From assembly GCA_015067885.1 (NCBI GenBank), contig SVLO01000002.1, positions 36,606 through 100,605 on the forward strand: a stretch of DNA of 64,000 nucleotides, in the 5' to 3' direction. The position numbers and the translations under genes are program-made. The notes under the pieces are model-generated. The model worked only from the letters and a program-made list of their open reading frames with translations. It had not been told where the DNA came from and did no database searches. Within the stretch, counting starts at the first letter, position 1; each line of letters starts with the position of its first letter. Below, piece by piece: positions 47,256 to 55,467 of this stretch. Origin of the DNA: Oscillospiraceae bacterium. GTDB lineage: Bacteria; Bacillota; Clostridia; Oscillospirales; Oscillospiraceae.

Positions 47256-47674
47256 GTATGGGCGCACATTGTGCGCCCGAAAAAACCTTCCACATCGGGT
47301 AGGGCGGGGGCGCCGGCCCCTACGGAATACCTGAAATACTTGCGTAGGGGCGCACATTGTGCGCCCGCCCATTTTCGGGCCGCCCGCCATTTTTCGCAAT
47401 ACACCATCAGTATATCCCTTTTGCTCCCCCGGGGCAAGGGGTTGTGGAATAAGTTTACAAATTATTTTGTGGGCGGGCCGGGTCGTCCCGCCCCACGGAA
47501 AAACCCTCCCCCCTCGTGAAAGCCCCCCTTATGTAAAGGGGGCTGTCGGCGCAGCCGACGGGGGATTGTCCGGTCCCGTTGCAACCCCTCCGACCTCGCT
47601 CCGCTCGGCCACCTCCCCTTACACAGGGGAGGCTTTGGGGTGCGCCCGAAAAAACCTTCCCCTTGAGGGGAAGG
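47256..47674. repeat. REP/REPIN mosaic cluster D surrounding the LCP promoter
   Basis: GTAG units at 47256-47279, 47299-47323, 47344-47367 and 47469-47496; ~150-bp unit at 47521-47674. Confidence 0.88.
47409..47437 (-). promoter_or_regulatory. Candidate SigA promoter of LCP-cofE-like
   Basis: TTGCCC-N17-TATACT. Confidence 0.5.
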
Positions 47675-47677
47675 TAT

Positions 47678-47714
47678 AAAAAACCCGGGGCGCACCGGAT
47701 GGTGCGCCCCGGGT
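47678..47714 (-). terminator. Terminator of the S-layer gene
   Basis: ACCCGGGGCGCACC-N4-GGTGCGCCCCGGGT followed by a T tract on the minus strand. Confidence 0.85.
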
Positions 47715-47772
47715 ATGGGGTCTATGCGATTTGGGTTTTTGCGGTTTGGGTCACGCGTGCAGCGGTTGGAAA

Positions 47773-50700
47773 TCAGCCGTTGTAGGTGTAGGTATCGCCG
47801 GTCAGCTTGGCAGTGGTGTCGCTCGCCGTCAGCGCCTTCAAGGCGTCACGGACGGAAGCACCGCTGGTCAGGCTACCGATAGTACCATGGTGGACATGGT
47901 TGCTGCCCTGGGTCATGGTCAGCATCAGATAGCCGATCTTGGCATTGCCGGTGATCTCCAGGTAGCACAGCTCGCTGGTGCCGCCCGCATCGGGACGGAC
48001 GTTCACAGCTGCGTTGCTACCGACGAAGGTACCGCCGCTAATCTTAACACCGGCGTGACGGAACCAGCTTTGGCCGGTGGTAAAGGTACCGCCGGTGATG
48101 ACCACATCCATAGAGTAGCCGCCGATGGCGCCGCAGGCATTGGTATTTGCCGTGCCGCTGATGGTACCGCCGCTGATGTTCAGCTTCACGCGATTGCTGT
48201 TAACCCAGGCCTCAGCAGAGCAGATGGCGCCGCCCTTGTTGGCGGAGCCGCTGATGACGCCGCCCTCAATGTTGATGGTGACGCCGGTGTGCTTGGCGTA
48301 GATGGCGCCGCCGTAAGCGGTAGCGGTGTTGCCGGTGATGGCGCCGCCCTTGATGGTAACGGTGTTGGTGCCCTGAGCGGTCACGCCGCCGCCGTTGCGG
48401 CCGGTGTTGCCGGAGATCTCGCCGCCGGTCATAGTGAAGACAGCGGCATTGGTCAAGGCAACGGCGCCGCCGCGGTCATTGTTACCCTCGTACTTGTAGC
48501 CGGTCAGCTTGCCGCCCTCCAGGGTGAAGGAACCGCTGGTGACGTAGAACATACCGTAGACACCACCGTCGGTGTTGGTGATGCCCTTGATAGCGCCGGA
48601 CACATAGTCGGTACCGGGGGTACCGGTGGCGGTGGTGTCCTTGACGGTCAGATTGCCCTGAACCTCAACCGCAGGAGCGGTGGCGGTGGTGATATCGTAA
48701 CCGTTCAGGTCGATGGTGACGCTGGTGCCGGAAGAAATCTTCAGGGCACCGGTCAGGGTCACGTTGCCGGTCAGGTAGTACTTACCGGCGGCCAGGGTAC
48801 CGGTCAGGGTGGTCAGAGGCACGCTCTTACCGGCGCTGAAGGAGGTGACGACCACCTTGGTGCCGTACACGGTGAAGTTGATGTCGTTGGCAGCCAGCTT
48901 GGTCTCGATGTCGCTGGTGGTCACGCCGAAGTCGTTGTCCACCACGGTGTAGCCAGCAGGCAGGTCAGCGATGGTGGCGCGGACAAAGCTCTCGCCCTCC
49001 ACGAAGCTGGCGGTGACGGTGACGTCAGCGGCAGGCATGGTGAAGGTGTAAACGTGAGCATCGGTCACGCCGGGGGTGCCGGTCAGGGTGGCAGTCGCGC
49101 CGGTGACGGCCAGGCCGGTGACAGCGTAGCCGTCCTCGGGGGTGACGGTCACAGTAACGACGGTACCGGCAGTGGCCTTGTCGGCATCGGCGTCGTTGAT
49201 CACGGTACCCTCGGTGGCAGCGGTGGTGGTGATGACGTAGGGATGAGCGCCGAACTTCACTTCCACAACCACGTCCTCGGCGGGCATGGTGAAGGTGAAC
49301 ACGCCGTCGGCCAGGGTATCGCCGTTGACCTTGATGTAGTTCAGCTCCATACCGGCCGCGGTATCGGGGGTGGCGGTGATGGTAACGGTTTCGCCCATCT
49401 TGGCGCTGTCGGAGGACAGCTCGACCTGGCCGCCGCCGTCCACAATGTTATAGTCGACGCTGTAGGACTTCAGGGCGAACTCGGCGGTGACACGGTTGAT
49501 CTCGCCGTTCACCACGAAGGTGTTGCCCTCGATGGCCTGGCCGTTGACCAGGATCTTGCTGACCTCATAGCCGGTGGCGGGGGTGGCAGTGACGGTGACG
49601 GTTTCGCCCACCTCGGCGGTGGCGGGAGTCACGCTGACGGTGCCGTTGTCGGGCTGCACAACCAGGATGTCCAGACCGCTGCCGGCGGCGTAGGAGTAGA
49701 CCTTGCCGCTGACGCTGACGGTGGCGTCGGTGATGATAACGGTGTCGTCACGGGTCATCTGGATCATAGCGCCCTCGGTCAGGTTGGCGATGCTGACGTT
49801 CACGGTGGAGTCAGCCACCATGCCGTACATGACGGGGTTGCCGCTGATGTAAGCGGTGGTGTTACGCATCCAGTTGCTCTCCGTGCTGGCGGCGCCGGCC
49901 AGGGTCAGGCCGCCGTCGATGTAGCCACCGGTCATGGTGAAGGTAACGATGGACTGGGTGTAGATGTTGCTGGCACGAGCGGCAGCGTTGCGGAGGATCT
50001 CGCCGCCGTTGATGGTGATAGCAGTGCCGTTCAGACTGTCGCTGGTGCCGATAGCGCCGCCACGGCCGGCCGCGGAGTTGTCAGAGATCTCGCCGCCGTT
50101 CATGGTGAAGCTGGCGTCCTTCTTGCTCAGCCAAACAGCGCCGCCGTAGATGTCGGCCTTGGTGTTGTAGTGGCCGGTCAGGGTACCGCCGTTCATGACC
50201 ACGGAACCGCCGTCGATCTTGATCATGGCGTTGGCAGCCTCGATACCCTCGATGGTACCGCCGGTAGCGCTGTCCATGATGGTCAGGGTGGTGCCGGTGG
50301 GAACGGTGAAGTAGGGAGCGCCGGTGCCGTTCAGGGTCTGGCCATTCAGGTCGATGGTCCAGTTGCCGGCGACGGTGATGCCGGTGCCCACGCTGGTCTC
50401 GCCGGTCAGCTTGACGAAGCCGTCGGTGAAGTTGGCGGCGGTCAGGGTGCCGGAAACGGTGGCGCCCTTCACGCACTGGGTGACGACCAGCTTATCGCCG
50501 GCGGTCAGGTTGTACAGCTTGGCCACGAAGGTGTAGCCGTTGTTGGCCAGGTCAACCAGGTCGGCCAGGTCGGCGACAGCGGCATCGGTCAGGTTGGTGA
50601 CGGCGATGGCGGCGTCGATGCCGGCCAGGTCGGCGACGTCGGTGATGGTGGTGCCGGCGTTGTAGTCGGTGACGACCATCAGCACGCGGCTGCCGTTCAT

Positions 50701-53700
50701 AGCATAGACATTGTAGATGATGCACATCTCGTTCTGCTTGGCGGCCAGGTTGTCCAGGGTGATGCCGGCGTCGGTGGTGTCGACCACGGAGTCGAACTCG
50801 GCGGTCTGCACGGCGCGGTCGGCGGTGCTCTGGTCAGCCTTGGTCTGGTCGCCGGCGCCCATGACCATCAGCAGGTTCTTCTCGCCGGCGGACAGGATCT
50901 GATACTCGACCACGTCGTAGTTGGCAAAGCCCTCGGTGGTGTTCAGATCCTCCAGGCCGGTGACGTTGAACAGGGCGTCATAGGCAGGCACGTCGCTGTC
51001 GGAGCCGAAGGCCACGTAAGCGGTGGTGTCCAGATCGGAAGCGGCACGCAGGCTGACGCTGCCGTTGCTGCCGGTCTCCAGGTAGTAGAAGCCGGGCTTG
51101 GGAGCGGTCACGCCGGTGGGCAGCTCGATAACCTCGCCGGTGGCGTGGATCTCGCCGGTGACGACGCTGACCTCAGTGGCGGCGAAGTCGTAGGCGTAGA
51201 CCAGGTTGTCGATACCGAAGTCGCGGTTGTTATAGACCTCGACGAAGATGGTAACGATCTTGGCGGGGCTGTAGGTGTGGCACATGTCCATCTCGATATT
51301 GACCCAGGGCATGCTGTCCTTCAGGGCCCAAATCTGATCCAGGCTGGTGATGCGGGCCACGCCGTCCTTGGAAACCTGCTCGTCGGTGCGGGGGTCAATG
51401 ACCTTCACGCCGGAGCAGGAGCTGCTGATGATGGAACCGCTGAGGTCGAACCACACGGTGCTGCCGTTGTAGGCGGTGGGAGCCTTGTCATAGACAACGG
51501 ACTCGTGGTAGCGGCCGTCCTCGCTGTGATCGCGCTGCTCGAACCTGGTCTCGGTGGTAGAGGCGCCGACCTTGATGGGCGTACCCTCGCCGTCCACGGC
51601 CAGCTTGTAGATCTCCTCATCGGCGTCGTAGCCGACGGAGTAGAAGCCAACGGGGATGGAGTCGATGTCCTTGGACAGGGTGATCTCCTTGGCCTCGCCG
51701 GTGATGGCGTCGTGCACCTCGTACACGTTGCCGATGGCGTCGGTGCCGGAGGGAGTGGTGTGGTCCTTGTCCACGTAGATCATGGTGGCGTTCAGGCCCT
51801 GATCCACGGCCATGGGGAAGACCATAGCCTCGATGTTGTTGGTACCGTTGCTCTGGCGGGTGAACAGAGCCTTGAAAGGCACGTTCTTGGCGAACTTGAT
51901 GGTGGCGGTACCGGTCTGGACGTTGGTCTCCAGGGGGTAGTCCTGAGTGGCAGTACCCTCAACAATGACAAACTTGGTAGCCTTGTGGTTGTAGCAGTAC
52001 ACGCCGGACTCCAGGGTGCCGTTGTTGGCAAACTGGCTGGCCATGCCGTACTCGTACTTGCCACCCTCCTCCCAGTCAGCACCGGTGGCGCCGTAGCTGG
52101 TGATGGTGTAGACGTAGGTGGCAGTGGGGTCATCAGCGTTGTAGGCGGTGGGGAAGCCGACCAGGTTCTTCAGGCCGTACTCCTTGGTCTCCTTGCTGCT
52201 GACGTTGTCCTCGACAGAGTAGAAGGTGCCGTCCTCGGTGATGGTCTTGGTACCGTACTCGGTGCCGGCGGCGGTCTTGATGCCGATGGGGACCATGGCC
52301 TCGTTACCGGTCATGTCGATACCACGGGCGAAGTACCAGGTACTCTCGTTGCCGTAGCTGTCCTTCTCCTTGCGCTCCAGCACGCCCAGCACGTAGAAGG
52401 TGTTGGCCATGTCGAAGGCGCCACCCTCAACGACCTCGAAGCAAACGAAGTTGCCGGCGGGATCCAGGTAGAAGGTGTAGGTCTGTCTGTAGTTAAAGCT
52501 GCTGACGTCGCTCAGCGCGGCAACACCCAGGGTGTTGGAAATGGAACCGGAGGCAGTGGACTGGATGTACTCCTTGCTGCCGTCCAGGGTAACGACCTTG
52601 CGGCCTTCCTTGTTGGTGTCGATCTTGGTCACGCTGCCGGTAACTTCCTCCAGCTTGGTCAGAACGTAAACGTTCTGCATCTGGTAGTAGACAACGTAAT
52701 CGTCCTTGGCAACGCCGTCGTACTCGACGACCTGGTCGTCCTCGGCGGTGTTGGACAGGGACATGGAACCCACCAGGATCTGCTCATTCTCGGCGGTGGT
52801 GTCCACGTAGCCGACCTTGGCAGCGGTGTAGGCTCTGGGGGCGATGTAGCCGCACAGCTCACCGGTCTCGATGTCGATGGCGTAGGTGCCGGCGGGAGCG
52901 GAGGTGTTGGCTACATAGCCGTCGATAGCCTGACCGGCAGTGACGTAGCCGTCGCCGCTGGTGGCCACGACGCCGCCCATGGGCAGGTCGTACTTGCTGC
53001 CGAAGGCAGCCTTATACTCCTTGGCGGTGTCGGCAGTCTCGGCCAGGGTGATGTACTCGGCCGCCTCGGACACGGCATAGGTCTTGCCGGGATCCTTCTC
53101 GGTCTTGTACTCCTCCTCGTACCAGACGGTGACCTTGTGGCCGACCACGGAAGCGTCGGTAACAACGTCAAACTTGACGGTAGCAACGGGGTCCCAGTTC
53201 ACGGTGACCTCGGTGTACTTCTCGCCGGTGGCCTGGTTGGCAGTGATGAAGCCCTCGACCTTCTTCAGGTCATAGACCTTGTTGGCCAGAGAGTCGCGAC
53301 CCTCCAGAGGCTCGACCGTGCCGCCGACCTTGTCGGCGTACTTCTGAGCGTCCTTGTAGGAGTCGAAGGTCATCTTGGTGTCGGCATCGCCGCCGGTGAC
53401 ATACCAGCCGTTGTCGTCGGTGGCAGTCCAGTTCAGGCCGTTCAGGGCGATGACGGCCAGCTCCTCACGGGTCAGGGCGACGTTGGTGCCGGGCATGGGC
53501 TTGAGGTCCTCGAACAGGTCCTCTTCCTCAGCCTTGGCCATGACGGTGTTGGGCCAGGTGCCCATACCGGCATCGATCTTCAGGGCGTTCAGGATCATGG
53601 TGGCCGCCTCGGCGGTGGTCACCTGGTTGCCGGGCTTAAAGGTGCCGTCGCCGTAACCGGCAACGATGCCCAGAGTGGCACACCAGTTGATGTAGCCCTC

Positions 53701-54048
53701 GGCCCAGCCGCCCTCGAAATAGGCGGTGTCGATAAACTCACCATTGCCCTTGAAGCTGTCGGCATTGATGTCGCCGCCGTACAGCATCTTGACAATGATG
53801 GTAGCCATCTGGGCACGGGTAACGGTGCCCTTAGGCATGAATTTGCCGTCTGCGCCGGCAAACAGGCCGATACCGCCGGTGATGGCAACCGCTTGCATAT
53901 AGTCAGAGTTGATCTCGGCAGCGTCGGTGAAGTTGCTGGTAACCGTGGTGGTGGTCTCGTCAGCGGCGGCAACGGGAGCGATAGCAACCATGCTCACCAT
54001 CATGACAAGGGCCAGAACCAGGCTAAAAGCGCGCTTCAGGTTTCTCAT
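47773..54048 (-). CDS. S-layer homology (SLH) protein, 2091 aa, with C-terminal beta-helix and Ig-like repeat modules
   Basis: Signal peptide MRNLKRAFSLVLA; three SLH repeats (VTRAQMA, VTTAEAA, LTREELA); GGAI/GGxIS repeats; three VTVTATP..GY repeats; RBS AAGGAGG. Confidence 0.92.
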   Translation of the reverse strand: MRNLKRAFSLVLALVMMVSMVAIAPVAAADETTTTVTSNFTDAAEINSDYMQAVAITGGIGLFAGADGKFMPKGTVTRAQMATIIVKMLYGGDINADSFKGNGEFIDTAYFEGGWAEGYINWCATLGIVAGYGDGTFKPGNQVTTAEAATMILNALKIDAGMGTWPNTVMAKAEEEDLFEDLKPMPGTNVALTREELAVIALNGLNWTATDDNGWYVTGGDADTKMTFDSYKDAQKYADKVGGTVEPLEGRDSLANKVYDLKKVEGFITANQATGEKYTEVTVNWDPVATVKFDVVTDASVVGHKVTVWYEEEYKTEKDPGKTYAVSEAAEYITLAETADTAKEYKAAFGSKYDLPMGGVVATSGDGYVTAGQAIDGYVANTSAPAGTYAIDIETGELCGYIAPRAYTAAKVGYVDTTAENEQILVGSMSLSNTAEDDQVVEYDGVAKDDYVVYYQMQNVYVLTKLEEVTGSVTKIDTNKEGRKVVTLDGSKEYIQSTASGSISNTLGVAALSDVSSFNYRQTYTFYLDPAGNFVCFEVVEGGAFDMANTFYVLGVLERKEKDSYGNESTWYFARGIDMTGNEAMVPIGIKTAAGTEYGTKTITEDGTFYSVEDNVSSKETKEYGLKNLVGFPTAYNADDPTATYVYTITSYGATGADWEEGGKYEYGMASQFANNGTLESGVYCYNHKATKFVIVEGTATQDYPLETNVQTGTATIKFAKNVPFKALFTRQSNGTNNIEAMVFPMAVDQGLNATMIYVDKDHTTPSGTDAIGNVYEVHDAITGEAKEITLSKDIDSIPVGFYSVGYDADEEIYKLAVDGEGTPIKVGASTTETRFEQRDHSEDGRYHESVVYDKAPTAYNGSTVWFDLSGSIISSSCSGVKVIDPRTDEQVSKDGVARITSLDQIWALKDSMPWVNIEMDMCHTYSPAKIVTIFVEVYNNRDFGIDNLVYAYDFAATEVSVVTGEIHATGEVIELPTGVTAPKPGFYYLETGSNGSVSLRAASDLDTTAYVAFGSDSDVPAYDALFNVTGLEDLNTTEGFANYDVVEYQILSAGEKNLLMVMGAGDQTKADQSTADRAVQTAEFDSVVDTTDAGITLDNLAAKQNEMCIIYNVYAMNGSRVLMVVTDYNAGTTITDVADLAGIDAAIAVTNLTDAAVADLADLVDLANNGYTFVAKLYNLTAGDKLVVTQCVKGATVSGTLTAANFTDGFVKLTGETSVGTGITVAGNWTIDLNGQTLNGTGAPYFTVPTGTTLTIMDSATGGTIEGIEAANAMIKIDGGSVVMNGGTLTGHYNTKADIYGGAVWLSKKDASFTMNGGEISDNSAAGRGGAIGTSDSLNGTAITINGGEILRNAAARASNIYTQSIVTFTMTGGYIDGGLTLAGAASTESNWMRNTTAYISGNPVMYGMVADSTVNVSIANLTEGAMIQMTRDDTVIITDATVSVSGKVYSYAAGSGLDILVVQPDNGTVSVTPATAEVGETVTVTATPATGYEVSKILVNGQAIEGNTFVVNGEINRVTAEFALKSYSVDYNIVDGGGQVELSSDSAKMGETVTITATPDTAAGMELNYIKVNGDTLADGVFTFTMPAEDVVVEVKFGAHPYVITTTAATEGTVINDADADKATAGTVVTVTVTPEDGYAVTGLAVTGATATLTGTPGVTDAHVYTFTMPAADVTVTASFVEGESFVRATIADLPAGYTVVDNDFGVTTSDIETKLAANDINFTVYGTKVVVTSFSAGKSVPLTTLTGTLAAGKYYLTGNVTLTGALKISSGTSVTIDLNGYDITTATAPAVEVQGNLTVKDTTATGTPGTDYVSGAIKGITNTDGGVYGMFYVTSGSFTLEGGKLTGYKYEGNNDRGGAVALTNAAVFTMTGGEISGNTGRNGGGVTAQGTNTVTIKGGAITGNTATAYGGAIYAKHTGVTINIEGGVISGSANKGGAICSAEAWVNSNRVKLNISGGTISGTANTNACGAIGGYSMDVVITGGTFTTGQSWFRHAGVKISGGTFVGSNAAVNVRPDAGGTSELCYLEITGNAKIGYLMLTMTQGSNHVHHGTIGSLTSGASVRDALKALTASDTTAKLTGDTYTYNG

Positions 54049-54240
54049 GTGTTTTTCCTCCTTAAAATAAATTTTGGTGAACGCGTTGATCCGTTCTTTG
54101 GAACCTGCGCCTGCGCTGCAGCCCTGCATACGCAGGCCACGTCCCAAAGGGAACAGCGCGTTCCGAATTACGGATCAGATGAAATCCCCTCTCCTTTCCG
54201 ATTTATGTAAACCGGCGCCCAAAGGAGAACAAATTCCATC
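54049..54240 (-). promoter_or_regulatory. Highly structured ~190-nt 5' UTR of the S-layer gene
   Basis: Long 5' hairpin (54178-54240) and nested helices with crossing pairings. Confidence 0.6.
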
Positions 54241-54243
54241 GTC

Positions 54244-54272
54244 ATTATACAATTTCCCCCTTGCTTTTGCAA
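54244..54272 (-). promoter_or_regulatory. SigA promoter of the S-layer gene
   Basis: TTGCAA-N17-TATAAT. Confidence 0.8.
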
Positions 54273-54350
54273 CCTATTTTTGCAAGTTTATTCAGGTTTT
54301 TTCTGCCTTAGCCGGGGTGAAGCTCGCGCGCCGCTCGGGTCACCCGTTAC

Positions 54351-54389
54351 AAAAAGAACGCGCCCGCACAGGCAAGTGCGGGCGCGTTC
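54351..54389 (-). terminator. Terminator of the lipid kinase gene
   Basis: GAACGCGCCCGCAC-N6-GTGCGGGCGCGTTC followed by TTTTT on the minus strand. Confidence 0.85.
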
Positions 54390-54393
54390 GGAT

Positions 54394-55284
54394 TTATTTT
54401 CCTTTCACAACGTTCAGCGCGTGGGGGCAGCATTGCAGTTTGCTGACGGCGTAGGTGCCGCCGTACTCCCCATCAGTGGTCCAGGCGATGGGTTCGTCCG
54501 CGGTGATGGTCACCGCCCCGGTTTGGAAGGTAACGACCGCCGGGGTGTCCATGGGGGTGTTGCTTGCAATGGCCTGCAGCGCGGCGGCAATGTCGGTCAC
54601 TTTCACGTTTTTGCGGACCAGCAGCACCTCAAACAGGCCGTCGTCCAGCACCACCTGTCGGCTGGGCAGGGCCTTCACCCCACCCACGGAGTAGGTATTG
54701 CACACCATACCGTACAGGAATTCGTCCTCCAAAACCTGCCCGTCATGCTCCACTCGCAGCCGATGGGGGGACAGGTTTGCCAGTTGGCCCAGGCCGTTGA
54801 GCAGATAGGCCAAGTGGCCAAAGGCGTTTTTCAGCTCCTGCGGGGTATCGTAGGCCACGTCGGTAAACGCGCCAAAGGCCGCCACGTAGATGAAATTCCG
54901 GTCGTTCAGCCGGCCCACATCCATGGGTACCGGCACGCCCTCGGCCGCGATTTGGGCCGCCTGTGCCGGCTTGGTGGGCAGGCGCAGGTTGTAGGCACAG
55001 TCGTTGGTGGATCCGGCGGGCAGAAATGCCAGCGCAGGCGGATCGGACAGCTCCATCATGCCGGCCACCGTTTCGCTCAGGGTGCCGTCGCCGCCGGCGC
55101 AGACGATCCGGTCAAACCCGCCGCCCAGCTCCCGGGCCATGCGGGCCGCGTCCCCCTTGCTTTGGGTGGGATAGGCCGTGACCAGCCACCCGGCTCGGGT
55201 AAAGGTGTCCAGCAAACCGGGCAGGCGCTGCCGGACCTGCCCCCGTCCGGAGGCAGGGTTATATATGAACAACAGTTTTTTCAT
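54394..55284 (-). CDS. Diacylglycerol/lipid kinase family (YegS/Rv2252/BmrU)
   Basis: YNPASG, AGGDGTLSE, PAGSTND, DDGLFE and DGE motifs. Confidence 0.93.
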   Translation of the reverse strand: MKKLLFIYNPASGRGQVRQRLPGLLDTFTRAGWLVTAYPTQSKGDAARMARELGGGFDRIVCAGGDGTLSETVAGMMELSDPPALAFLPAGSTNDCAYNLRLPTKPAQAAQIAAEGVPVPMDVGRLNDRNFIYVAAFGAFTDVAYDTPQELKNAFGHLAYLLNGLGQLANLSPHRLRVEHDGQVLEDEFLYGMVCNTYSVGGVKALPSRQVVLDDGLFEVLLVRKNVKVTDIAAALQAIASNTPMDTPAVVTFQTGAVTITADEPIAWTTDGEYGGTYAVSKLQCCPHALNVVKGK

Positions 55285-55396
55285 GCCCACTCCTCCTTCA
55301 GGGTGTCGGACCGACTTTCCTTATCCATTATATCTCTCTTCGCCGTAAAAACAAGTCAAGTCTGTCGAAATTTACAAAATTTTCATCTTCCTGCAT

Positions 55397-55432
55397 AAAA
55401 AGCACCCCCGGCGGCCGAAGCCGCCGGGGGTG
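55397..55432 (-). terminator. Terminator of the giant protein gene
   Basis: CACCCCCGGCGGC-N4-GCCGCCGGGGGTG followed by CTTTTT on the minus strand. Confidence 0.85.
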
Positions 55433-55467
55433 TAGTTGCTATGGATCAGGGATTGCTTGCAGTCGGA

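Noticed and set aside
40697-47674. CRISPR array or IS elements
   Set aside because: Repeats are irregular palindromic mosaics without constant repeat-spacer periodicity; no cas or transposase ORF.
47731-54210. 2159-aa plus-strand ORF antisense to the S-layer gene
   Set aside because: Mirror-frame artefact of strong GC3 codon bias; Gly/Val/His/Asp-rich with no motifs.
55363-55369. Spo0A box TGTCGAA upstream of the lipid kinase
   Set aside because: A single 7-mer is expected by chance in 64 kb.
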